In this document: positions 17,467 to 26,932 of the stretch, piece by piece
How the letters are laid out: the number at the start of each line of letters is the position of its first letter
Position numbering within the stretch: position 1 is the first letter of the stretch
Origin: an uncultured virus (IMG/VR IMGVR_UViG_3300030099_002957)
Lineage: Duplodnaviria; Heunggongvirae; Uroviricota; Caudoviricetes
Virus record (IMG/VR): IMGVR_UViG_3300030099_002957
DNA length: 64,000 bases
Strand: one strand, 5' to 3'
The notes under the pieces: model-generated
Told to the model about the DNA's origin: nothing
The model's database searches: none
Seen by the model: the letters and a program-made list of their open reading frames with translations, nothing else
Translations under genes and position numbers: made by a program

Positions 17467-20400
17467 ATGGCATACGAAGAAAATCCACTATCAGAGGAAG
17501 AACTTAGAGGGGCTGTAAGATCTAGAGACACAAGAGAGGCCCCTTCATCTGACAGAACACCAGCAGAAAGAGTTAAAGATGAGGTAGATGAAATAAGAAG
17601 ATCAGCAGAAGAATCACAATACGGTTCTTCTTATGGTACATCTTTAATAGAATTATCTGCAGATGTTTATAGTAATCCTTTAAACCCTAAGACTAGAGAA
17701 AATTTAGAATCAAGAACATTTTTAGAGGGCAAGATAGGCAGAAGTAGTGGTATGGTAACTCCTGCTAGTACAGGTAAAAGATGGATTTCTGTACAAGCTT
17801 ATAATCACAGGATTTTTGAAGATGCTTATGATACAGCTAATACAGACATAGGTTTAATTATTACTGTAGCTAAAAAACCAAGTACTGGAACTGGCTGGGA
17901 TCCTGTTGTAGAAATAGTCGATATAACAAATTATACTCCCTCACAATGGCAAGGATCATTACCTCCTAACTCTTCTACTAAAGTATCTACTGTAAATACT
18001 ACAGATAATATAAGTTTATACTATCAAAATAATGCATTTACTCCAGGCGGAGGAGCAACTAATATTCCGTCAACTAATGGTTATTTTGAGATAGATTTAC
18101 AAGTAATTTTCCAATCTGGTCATATTGAGTATTTTACATCTCAAGGTTTTCAAAATGATAATGGACCAATATTGTGTCCTGTTGGAAATCGTTATCATAC
18201 TATGCTTGATTATAATTGGGACCCGATGTCTTCTGGTGCTAATACTGAAAAGTTTAATCTTGTAAATGCATGTGGTAATAAGGCTAATACATACTTTTAC
18301 AGTAAGGGAATGAATATTCTTAAAGGTGTAAATGCAATAGGAGACTATTCATTACTTACCAGATATGCTCCAATACACAATCCGTCAGGAACTTTAATAG
18401 AAGCAGGGTACTATAAAGAATATATTAATGGTGTTTCTCAAAGTGATAGTGCATTTATAGAGCTTGTAAATCAAGTACCATTTTCTTGGGGAGACCCTTT
18501 AACATCTTATTTAGGACAAAATGGTGTTATAACTCCAGATTATAATCAAACGCAAAGACAATCGTTTAAAAGAATTGATCTTTTATTTCAGCATAATAAT
18601 ACAAACTACCATACAGAGATTTTTGGGAATAATACTACAGGATTTATAGATGAAACCTGGTTTCAATCAAATTACCAAGGTATAACTTTATCTGGAGGTT
18701 TTGAAGGATATGACACTAGCTATACAAATAATGATATAAGTAGTTTTGAGCATATAAGAAATCGTGTGCAAGCTGCAATGCAAAAGCAGTATATATTTAG
18801 CTATACAGCATATTATTCAGAAAATATTACTTCATGCACACCATCGCAGTCAACTTCTTATACTGTTTGTGATAGTCAAGGTAATGCTAGTCATTATGTA
18901 ACAACAGGTAAAGATTGTGCTGGTAATACAATTCCGGCTGCAGATTTACCTGGAGGTGCTAATAATGCTAATGTTTTGTTTATACATGATCAAGCTTGTT
19001 GTACTGCTTGTACTTTAACATTAACAGCAAATAGTATAGATGCTAGTTATGGAGGTACTGATGGTATTATTACTTGGAATGCTAGAGATTTAGGAGCTCC
19101 ATCAGGAAATCCTTTTAATACTGGTAGTATGTATACTGTTACAGTAACAGATTCTAGTGGTGTAGCCGTAGGTGTAACTGCGCCATCAGGAGGTAATACA
19201 TTTACAGATAATACTTGTGATACTAACACAACAGCTGGTACAGCTAATTTAGTGACTTGTGATCCAAGTAACAAAATTGTTCCTGGTATGCAAGTATCTG
19301 GAACTGGAATACCGGCTACTGGTACAGTTTTTGTAGGGGCAATAACGGCTGGTACAGTAAGTTCAAATGTAACTCAATTTTCATTAGTTGACACAGCAGG
19401 AGGACCTGTTAATGCAAATGCAATAGGTACTAATGTAACTTTAACGTTTTCAACAGGAGATACAGGACAACAAGGTAATTTAGCGCCTAATGATACTGCT
19501 AATCCTTTTTATACTGTATGCGTAACTGATGAGGATGGGTGTCAAGAGTGTGTTCAACTTGTAGTAAGAGAAGCTCCAAATGCGCCTACAGGTTGTACAG
19601 ATAACACTGCTGTAAATTATGATGCAACTGCAATTATTGATGACGGTAGTTGTATTTTATGTAATGCAACTTCTGGATTGTTAGAAGATCCAGCTGGAAC
19701 AAATACAACACCTTTATTTGGTAATACATATGCAGGATCTACTTCAGCAACCTGGAATAGTGGTTTTGGAGCTAGTGCAACACATAATAGTGATGGTACT
19801 TTATCAGTAAGTGCGTCGCCAATAGCGTCTGCTATGGCTTATATGGATTGGGATGCTAACTCTAAATTTGAAATACTATTATATAAAACTTTAAATCCGG
19901 GAGATCCAAGCACAGCAACAGGAGCAGTTCAAATAGGAGGAACTATAAACGCTGGTACTTTAGATATTGTAACAACAGCATCTCACACATTTACAGGATT
20001 AGCTTATGGTTACTATACTATAAGAGTTAGATATGTAGATACAAATACTGTTAGCACACTAGAAGATTGTTTTACAGAATTTTACGGTACAGTACAAGCA
20101 CAGGTTTGTGATGCAATAGGAAACGCACATTATATGACTGTGCCATCAGATCTTGCTTTACAAGACCCACAAAACAGTTTACTTTGTTCTAATACTATAC
20201 CTTGTTGTACACTACAAGATATTACAGAATCTTTTGATCTTGGAAATTGTAATCCAATATTATTTTCTAATATATTTTGTGACCCTTCAAGAACTGTAAC
20301 AGTTACATGGTCATATAGTACTAATGGATCTACTTACACAAATCTTGGTAGCTACAATTTAGGTACTATAAATCCTGGATCAGGAGTAACAGCATATGCA

Positions 20401-22077
20401 GCTCCTGGAAATAATTATGCTTCAGGTCACTGGTTTGCGCAAAATGGAACGGGTTATTATAAAGTAGAAATAAGTGCTGTTACTGTTGGACATACTTCAA
20501 ATACTTGTATAGAACAAAAGGTTGGTTATTTTACTTTTCCTGTAACAGGGTGTATGGATGCAAATGCACACAATTATAACCCAAATGCTGTATGTCCTGG
20601 ACAATGTGCTTATCCTAGTTATGAGTGTGACCAAGCAACAGGACAATGCTATGATCCTTGGCAGGGTACATTTACAGGATACACTCCAGGTCAATACAAT
20701 TGTTTAAATGGTCCTGGTTGTTGTAACTCTGCTTGTATTCCTCCAACTGTTTATGGGTGTACAGATTCGTGTGCAACAAATTATAATGCATTAGCAACAC
20801 AAGACGACGGTTCGTGTACATATACAGCATGTTTAGACCAGCTAGCATCAAACTATTTACAAAATTGTTGTAATCAAAATTATTACGCTGCAAATCAAGT
20901 TGTAGGGCCAGACAATAGTTGTTGTATAAATCCTTGTACTAATCCAAATACTTTAGATGTAGTAACAACAGATGCAACTTCTACATGTACTGTATTTAAT
21001 AATGATGGTACAGCAACTTTAACAGTTACAGTAAACACTGGGGCTACAACGTGGACTTGGGAACTTTTTGATGTGCAAGGAAATTCAATATACTCTGATG
21101 GTATTACATATACAGGGTCAGGATCAGCTCCAACGTATACTACATTAGGAACAGGAAGTTATAGCATTACAGTAACAGATAATTTAGGATGTGTTGAAAC
21201 TAATAATTTTATAGTAGACAGTAATGGACCTACTGTAGGTTGTACTGATCCAAATGCAGATAACTACGATCCAAATGCAGTTTGTGATTGTGGTTGTTGT
21301 TTTATAGAAGGGTGTATAGATCCTAACGCTACAAACTATAATCCTAATGCAACCGTGCCTGATGGTAGTTGTGAATATGCAGATATACCACCTAGCCCAT
21401 GTGTACCAGAATCTTTAGAAACAGAAAGATTTAAATTAGATATATGTATAGCTCAAAAAGGATCAAGATGGTTAAACAATTATAAAATAGGTAGAACAGA
21501 TGATTGTTCGTTAATGAATAAATGGAAATTAATTCTAATAGATTATTTATTAAGTCAACATGAGCTAAACTGCCTGTTTAATTGTGCTGATATAGAATCA
21601 TCAAGTGTATCAGCAGTTCAAGATTGTAATGCGTTATGGGTAACTGGAGGTCCTAGTACAGGGCAAAACCATGACCCTAATCATTTAGGAGCAAGTATAG
21701 TAAACCCAGGAGAAGGAACAACTATTACAGAATATGATGGTTATCCAAATGGTTGGTTTGGATATGTGCCAGGAGGTAGCCCTACATGTAATTTTAGTTT
21801 TGTAGGAGATGTTGTTAAATTTGATTTACCAACAGGACATCCACTGGCAACATGGTTAAATGGAACAATATGGACACTTACAGCAAATCCTGCTAATAAT
21901 CCAACTGGAATGCATCAAGGTTGTAAACTATCAAAAATACAACATTATACACAATGTTTAGACTACAGATCGGTAACAATAACAACAACTGAAAATTATT
22001 ACGATAAATATATTAACTTTGTAACTAAATTCTGTGCTGACTGTGACACCAAGATATTAAAAAATAAAACAAATTAA
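17467..22077 (+). CDS. Large Cys-rich tail/adhesin-like protein with GCxD..A.NY repeats and SprB-like repeats
   Basis: Several GCTD/GCMD/GCID..ATNY..A..DDGSC repeats; GSYSITVTDNLGC and YTVCVTDEDGC; helical Cys-rich C-terminus. Confidence 0.7.
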   Translation: MAYEENPLSEEELRGAVRSRDTREAPSSDRTPAERVKDEVDEIRRSAEESQYGSSYGTSLIELSADVYSNPLNPKTRENLESRTFLEGKIGRSSGMVTPASTGKRWISVQAYNHRIFEDAYDTANTDIGLIITVAKKPSTGTGWDPVVEIVDITNYTPSQWQGSLPPNSSTKVSTVNTTDNISLYYQNNAFTPGGGATNIPSTNGYFEIDLQVIFQSGHIEYFTSQGFQNDNGPILCPVGNRYHTMLDYNWDPMSSGANTEKFNLVNACGNKANTYFYSKGMNILKGVNAIGDYSLLTRYAPIHNPSGTLIEAGYYKEYINGVSQSDSAFIELVNQVPFSWGDPLTSYLGQNGVITPDYNQTQRQSFKRIDLLFQHNNTNYHTEIFGNNTTGFIDETWFQSNYQGITLSGGFEGYDTSYTNNDISSFEHIRNRVQAAMQKQYIFSYTAYYSENITSCTPSQSTSYTVCDSQGNASHYVTTGKDCAGNTIPAADLPGGANNANVLFIHDQACCTACTLTLTANSIDASYGGTDGIITWNARDLGAPSGNPFNTGSMYTVTVTDSSGVAVGVTAPSGGNTFTDNTCDTNTTAGTANLVTCDPSNKIVPGMQVSGTGIPATGTVFVGAITAGTVSSNVTQFSLVDTAGGPVNANAIGTNVTLTFSTGDTGQQGNLAPNDTANPFYTVCVTDEDGCQECVQLVVREAPNAPTGCTDNTAVNYDATAIIDDGSCILCNATSGLLEDPAGTNTTPLFGNTYAGSTSATWNSGFGASATHNSDGTLSVSASPIASAMAYMDWDANSKFEILLYKTLNPGDPSTATGAVQIGGTINAGTLDIVTTASHTFTGLAYGYYTIRVRYVDTNTVSTLEDCFTEFYGTVQAQVCDAIGNAHYMTVPSDLALQDPQNSLLCSNTIPCCTLQDITESFDLGNCNPILFSNIFCDPSRTVTVTWSYSTNGSTYTNLGSYNLGTINPGSGVTAYAAPGNNYASGHWFAQNGTGYYKVEISAVTVGHTSNTCIEQKVGYFTFPVTGCMDANAHNYNPNAVCPGQCAYPSYECDQATGQCYDPWQGTFTGYTPGQYNCLNGPGCCNSACIPPTVYGCTDSCATNYNALATQDDGSCTYTACLDQLASNYLQNCCNQNYYAANQVVGPDNSCCINPCTNPNTLDVVTTDATSTCTVFNNDGTATLTVTVNTGATTWTWELFDVQGNSIYSDGITYTGSGSAPTYTTLGTGSYSITVTDNLGCVETNNFIVDSNGPTVGCTDPNADNYDPNAVCDCGCCFIEGCIDPNATNYNPNATVPDGSCEYADIPPSPCVPESLETERFKLDICIAQKGSRWLNNYKIGRTDDCSLMNKWKLILIDYLLSQHELNCLFNCADIESSSVSAVQDCNALWVTGGPSTGQNHDPNHLGASIVNPGEGTTITEYDGYPNGWFGYVPGGSPTCNFSFVGDVVKFDLPTGHPLATWLNGTIWTLTANPANNPTGMHQGCKLSKIQHYTQCLDYRSVTITTTENYYDKYINFVTKFCADCDTKILKNKTN

Positions 22078-22079
22078 AT

Positions 22080-23522
22080 ATGGCAACTAACAGAAATATA
22101 TATGATTTAAGAACACTAGCTAAAACAAGTGTAGATAGTAATGACTATTTAGAGGTAGCTAATCAAACAACTAAAGCGCCATCTAAGTTACTAGTGTCTT
22201 CTCTATTTCCAACATTTTCTACAACCGGTACTGGTAGTGAAAATATTTGGATTGATATAACAAATAAAAACCAACTAAATTTTAAAGGAATAAAGTCAGG
22301 AGATACTGGACTATTAACTGTAGCTACAACTTCTAACAATATAGTATTAACAGCTTTAGAAGCAGGTATAGATCTTAGTTTATGTAATAACACTTCATCA
22401 GGATTTATTTCTGGAATAGATTTTTCAGGAACAGTTACTGGAGAAAATTTAGTAATAAATGGTGGAACAGGATTATCTACAATTGCAAAAGGAGCTGTAT
22501 TGTATGCAGATGCTACAGATTCATTAGCGGCTAGCACAGCAATGTCTACAAATGGACAATTACTTATAGGTAATGCAACTGCTGGTTATCCATCAGTAGC
22601 TACACTTACTGCAGGTAGTAATGTAACAATTACTAATGGTGCTGGATCAATTACAATAGCTGCTAGTTTAACAACTTTAGCTGCAGACTTAGATTGTGAT
22701 AATAATGACATTGATTTAGGTACAGGATATTTAAGTTCTGATGGAAATCAAAATGGAATACGAGTTACAGGATCAAATGCATATATAGGGGCTTCTGGAA
22801 ACTACCACGATTCAGATGTTTTAAATTTAGCTGGAGGTGGTATAAGATTTAGCAATACAGCATCTGTAGATATAAAACCTAATGCTACCACATCAAGCAC
22901 AGCAGGACAGCCTGTTACAATTGAGGCTGGAAGCAGTGCTTCTGGTAATGCAGGTAAATTAACACTTAAGGGTGGTACTGCAGCATCAGGAGGAGGAAAC
23001 GGTGGAGATGTAGAGATATATGGTGGTAGTGAAGCTGGAGGTACAGCTGCATCTATTAAAAATTATGTATATGATGGTTCAGGAAGTGCTGTAGAAAGTT
23101 TAACAGTAGAAGGAAATAGTGCTAATCCTAATGTAAAAGTATGTAAAGGTAATTTAGTAATTACTGAAGCTACAAAAGGTATTATACATACAGGTAGTGG
23201 TGTAGTTACACAGGCAACTAACCATAGTACAGATGTAACAATTAATTCAACATCTGGTGTTATTACTTTGGCTGGTGTAGCTTTAGCTGCAGGAGCAGAA
23301 GCAGATTTTGCAGTTACAAATAGTACTGTTCAGACAGACTCAGTTATATTATTAACTGTGCAGTCTCCAGCTGCTGCTAGCGCAACTGACAATGCAACAC
23401 TAATAGCACAACTTGATGCAGTAGCTAACGGAAGTTTTAATATTAGATTAACTAATCCGGGAGCTGCAACAACATCAACAAACGCACACAAAATTCACTT
23501 TTTAGTGATAAACAATAGTTAA
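22080..23522 (+). CDS. Putative tail fibre/spike protein
   Basis: LNFKGIKSG, INGGTGLST, GQLLIG, TLTAGSNVTITNGAGSITIA motifs; Gly/Ala/Ser/Thr-rich. Confidence 0.75.
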   Translation: MATNRNIYDLRTLAKTSVDSNDYLEVANQTTKAPSKLLVSSLFPTFSTTGTGSENIWIDITNKNQLNFKGIKSGDTGLLTVATTSNNIVLTALEAGIDLSLCNNTSSGFISGIDFSGTVTGENLVINGGTGLSTIAKGAVLYADATDSLAASTAMSTNGQLLIGNATAGYPSVATLTAGSNVTITNGAGSITIAASLTTLAADLDCDNNDIDLGTGYLSSDGNQNGIRVTGSNAYIGASGNYHDSDVLNLAGGGIRFSNTASVDIKPNATTSSTAGQPVTIEAGSSASGNAGKLTLKGGTAASGGGNGGDVEIYGGSEAGGTAASIKNYVYDGSGSAVESLTVEGNSANPNVKVCKGNLVITEATKGIIHTGSGVVTQATNHSTDVTINSTSGVITLAGVALAAGAEADFAVTNSTVQTDSVILLTVQSPAAASATDNATLIAQLDAVANGSFNIRLTNPGAATTSTNAHKIHFLVINNS

Positions 23523-23547
23523 TATTAATCAATAAATAAATAGACCA

Positions 23548-23964
23548 ATGACAAAAACAATTAATGCAACAAAAGGAGAACTAGTAACAATTATAAATGG
23601 ATTGTTTGGGGTTCAAGAATTAAAAGGTAAAAAATTTAGTTTAGTAGTAAGTAAAAATATTGCTATCCTAAAAGAAACTTTAAAAGATCTAGAAGACGCA
23701 GGTAAGCCGTCTGAAGAATTTTTAAAAATAGCTCAAGAGGTAAATGAAATTGCCACTAAAAATGAAGAAGGAGCTAAAGAAAAAATTGATAAGATCGAAG
23801 AAGATAACAAAGAGTTAGTTGAAGCTAGAAGAACTCAAATGGATAAAGTAGAAAAAATGATGCAAGAATCTGCAGAAGTAGAATTAAATACTATTGCAGA
23901 AGATCTTTTACCAGAAGATATATCAGCTCAACAAATTAATAAAATAATAAAAATAATAGAATAA
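23548..23964 (+). CDS. Helical hypothetical protein (possible fibre assembly chaperone)
   Basis: Glu/Lys-rich 138 aa directly after the fibre gene. Confidence 0.6.
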   Translation: MTKTINATKGELVTIINGLFGVQELKGKKFSLVVSKNIAILKETLKDLEDAGKPSEEFLKIAQEVNEIATKNEEGAKEKIDKIEEDNKELVEARRTQMDKVEKMMQESAEVELNTIAEDLLPEDISAQQINKIIKIIE

Positions 23965-24257
23965 TGGCTATAAGAACAACATCAGAATCTTTATTACACG
24001 ATAGCGCAATAGCTCTTAACAAAAGCTTAGGAATGCATGGTGTAGTAATGGTTACAGGTACTGCTACTACAACAGCAACATCTGGAACATATTTTGCAGT
24101 ACAGTTTGTTACAGATTGTACTCCTACAACATTGACAATCTCTAATTCAACAACAGTAACTAGTGTGCAACACAAAGCAGGAACTGTTATATACGGAGAC
24201 ATTACAGCAATAACTGCAGGTAGTGGAGAAACTTATATATTATATAAAGCAAAATAA
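23964..24257 (+). CDS. Small beta-rich virion protein
   Basis: AGTVIYGDITAITAGSG motif; TAATG-coupled. Confidence 0.65.
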   Translation: MAIRTTSESLLHDSAIALNKSLGMHGVVMVTGTATTTATSGTYFAVQFVTDCTPTTLTISNSTTVTSVQHKAGTVIYGDITAITAGSGETYILYKAK

Positions 24258-25051
24258 TGTTAGGATTAGGACTAAGTAGAACTAAAAGCAGCCTTGTACC
24301 GGCACTTCCAGCATTTACAAATGCAGATCCACAAAATGACAGAGGGTTTGTTTTTGATGGTAATGGAGATTTTTTACAGGTTAATGATCATGATGATTTT
24401 TCATTTAATAATGCTGGCGCAGGTAACAATCCTTTTAGTATAGCTTTTTGGATAAAAAGAGATGGTACAGGGGCAAACGAAGCTCTTTTTTCTAAAGCAG
24501 CGACTAATAATTATGAGTACAGAGTATTTTTTCTAAATGATGATATTTATTTTGATGTTTATGATACTACTACTTCTAAATACACTCGTAAATACAAAGG
24601 CGGTATTGGAAATACTACTAACTGGCAACATTGGGTTTTTGTTTATGATGGAGGTTTAACTGGTCCAATTTTAACAATATATGTAAATGGTAGTGATATA
24701 GGGTCTTTAAGTAGTGGTTCTAGTGGTGGAGGTGGAGATATGGAAAACTTAGGGGCCGCTTTTAAACTAGGAGCAATGGATGCAGCGTCTTATGATTATG
24801 ATGGAAAAATGATGCAGGTTATATTATGGGATGCAGAATTAACAGCAGACGAAGCTGCATATATTTATGCATCAGGAAATGCTGCTAGGAACCCACTAGT
24901 TGAAAGTACAACTTATAGTAAACATAATAATGTAGTAGCATGGTGGCCTTTAGATGATGCTAACGGTCACGAAGATCATGGAGGTAGAGGACATGATTTT
25001 ACAAAAAATGGAAATGCAGATTTAGATACTGGCGCTGATGCTCCGTGGTAA
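24257..25051 (+). CDS. LamG/concanavalin A-like lectin-domain virion protein
   Basis: MLGLGL N-terminus; FDGNGDFL..FSIAFWIK..WQHWVFVYDG..IYVNG..YDGKMMQVILWDAELT. Confidence 0.8.
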   Translation: MLGLGLSRTKSSLVPALPAFTNADPQNDRGFVFDGNGDFLQVNDHDDFSFNNAGAGNNPFSIAFWIKRDGTGANEALFSKAATNNYEYRVFFLNDDIYFDVYDTTTSKYTRKYKGGIGNTTNWQHWVFVYDGGLTGPILTIYVNGSDIGSLSSGSSGGGGDMENLGAAFKLGAMDAASYDYDGKMMQVILWDAELTADEAAYIYASGNAARNPLVESTTYSKHNNVVAWWPLDDANGHEDHGGRGHDFTKNGNADLDTGADAPW

Positions 25052-25061
25052 TTTAATTAAT

Positions 25062-26168
25062 ATGAAAAAATTAAGTACAATATTTTTAATTTTTATAGCA
25101 TTTAGTTTAAATGCTCAAACTTTTGAAGTTAAAGGGTATGAGTATAATATAAATAATATGTTAAAAGATCAATTAAAATTTGCTACAATATACGGGGCTG
25201 TAAATGGAGGTACATCTATTTCTGATGTAAAACAATTTTCTGTGTTAGATGGACTACAAACTTCAATAGTAGAAACTCCCTATGACTATTCTCTTACAAT
25301 AGGTATACGTAAGATAGCTAGGTTTGGTTATGAGAATAGAGCTAATACTTTTTATGACGGTACTGAGTCTAATTATAGTGATGCTGCTACAGTTGGTAAA
25401 GTGCAAGGATTTGAATATTTATTTGAAATAGACTATGCTAGACAACAAGGTTTAGATTACATAGACCAGCATCATTTTATAAGATATAGCTCTGATGATG
25501 ATTGTGATGGCCCGTTGTGTGTAAACCATTTTGCAGCAAAAGTAGAATACCTTAAAGATGGTTTTGCAGATGTAGAGTACTTTGAATTATCAGAAAGGTA
25601 TAGGTTTAAGAAAAATAAAGACTTAGCTTTTAGTATAGGTGCAGCTCACAGATTGGCTCAACCTTATGGTTACGACCCTTTATCAGAATGGATGCTATCA
25701 AATGGTAATTTACATTATACTTATTTAGCAATACAAGAAGGATACACTATAGATGTTGCAAATAGTGAATATAAAGACCCTAGTGGTAATATAGTTGCTA
25801 ATAGTTCTGATGTTTGGAAAGAGGTTGTAATACCACAAGTATTAGCAGACTATACAAAGAAAAAGAAAGATGAGTTGGAAAGAATAATACAGCATTCTGT
25901 TGTATTAGGATTTGACTACTACACTTATAATAAAAATACATGGCTACACGCATGGGGTAATTTATTACCTTGGCACTATAATGATGGTAGTGAATTTTCG
26001 TATCATAACTTTATAGAAGATAATCAATGGTATGACTATTCTGCAGGTGTTATTTACGGTATTAAAGTAAATAAACAATTAGGATATTTTGCAGAAGGTA
26101 AATACAATAAATATTGGAATAGAGAATGGTATGATTTTAAATTTGGAATTAATTATATAATAAGATGA
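25062..26168 (+). CDS. Secreted, probable outer-membrane beta-barrel protein
   Basis: Sec signal MKKLSTIFLIFIAFSLNA|Q; aromatic alternating beta strands; ends WYDFKFGINYIIR; ATG at 25062 preferred over 25038. Confidence 0.65.
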   Translation: MKKLSTIFLIFIAFSLNAQTFEVKGYEYNINNMLKDQLKFATIYGAVNGGTSISDVKQFSVLDGLQTSIVETPYDYSLTIGIRKIARFGYENRANTFYDGTESNYSDAATVGKVQGFEYLFEIDYARQQGLDYIDQHHFIRYSSDDDCDGPLCVNHFAAKVEYLKDGFADVEYFELSERYRFKKNKDLAFSIGAAHRLAQPYGYDPLSEWMLSNGNLHYTYLAIQEGYTIDVANSEYKDPSGNIVANSSDVWKEVVIPQVLADYTKKKKDELERIIQHSVVLGFDYYTYNKNTWLHAWGNLLPWHYNDGSEFSYHNFIEDNQWYDYSAGVIYGIKVNKQLGYFAEGKYNKYWNREWYDFKFGINYIIR

Positions 26169-26287
26169 AAACTATGAAAGAAAAATTTTGTAAATGGATT
26201 CAAGCTATAACGTTTGGATTAGTGTGTTTTAATTTATGTACAAAACCTGAAGTATGTGACGCAGGTGATAATTGTTGTAAAAAATAA
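26165..26287 (+). CDS. 40-aa Cys-rich peptide, not in the ORF track
   Basis: ATGA overlap with the barrel stop; MKTMKEKFCKWIQAITFGLVCFNLCTKPEVCDAGDNCCKK; stops 4 nt before the next ATG. Confidence 0.55.
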   Translation: MKTMKEKFCKWIQAITFGLVCFNLCTKPEVCDAGDNCCKK

Positions 26288-26291
26288 TACC

Positions 26292-26573
26292 ATGGCAAAA
26301 GAACTAAACGAAGATACAGCGTTTAAGCTAAGTATTAAAACAATGATGGGTCTAGGTTTTGCAATAGTAACTTTAGCTGGTATGTGGTTTACACTTCAAG
26401 CAGATATTGCTGAAGCTAAAGAATTACCTGCTCCACCAGATCCTGAAGTTACACGTATGGAATTTGATATGAAAGATCAAATGATACGTCAAACTATATT
26501 GGACACACAAGAAGATGTAACTGAAATAAAAGCTACTCTTGAGAAAATTGAAGATAAATTATATAACAGGTAA
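26292..26573 (+). CDS. Single-pass membrane protein with a coiled coil
   Basis: MAKELNEDT..TMMGLGFAIVTLAGMWFTL (TM), then PAPPDP and a heptad C-terminus; ATG at 26292. Confidence 0.7.
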   Translation: MAKELNEDTAFKLSIKTMMGLGFAIVTLAGMWFTLQADIAEAKELPAPPDPEVTRMEFDMKDQMIRQTILDTQEDVTEIKATLEKIEDKLYNR

Positions 26574-26574
26574 A

Positions 26575-26931
26575 ATGAAAAGTCCAGTATGGAAAATTAT
26601 GGTAACGTACTTACTTGTGCTATTCTTATTATCTGTCTCGTCAGATGCCTTTTCACAGATTACGATAAAGAGCTTTAATGCTGGGTGGAATAAGTCTAAC
26701 GCTGTAGAGTGGTTAAATAAATTAAAAGATGTTAAAACTATTAGTTACATAGATGTTGCTAAAGATGTTAAGGCACAAAAGAAATATAAGATAGCAGCTG
26801 TGCCTACAATAATAATATTTAAAGATGGTGAAGAAGTTGCAAGATTTCAAGCTGATCTTAGTTTTACAATGGTAGCTACAAAAGAAGAAGTACAAGAAGA
26901 AATAGATAATCAATTAATGAGTGATTTTTAA
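26575..26931 (+). CDS. Exported thioredoxin-fold protein lacking CxxC
   Basis: Signal peptide (..SSDAFS|Q); FNAGWNKSN in place of FxAxWCxxC; KYKIAAVPTIIIFKDGEEVARF. Confidence 0.75.
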   Translation: MKSPVWKIMVTYLLVLFLLSVSSDAFSQITIKSFNAGWNKSNAVEWLNKLKDVKTISYIDVAKDVKAQKKYKIAAVPTIIIFKDGEEVARFQADLSFTMVATKEEVQEEIDNQLMSDF

Positions 26932-26932
26932 A

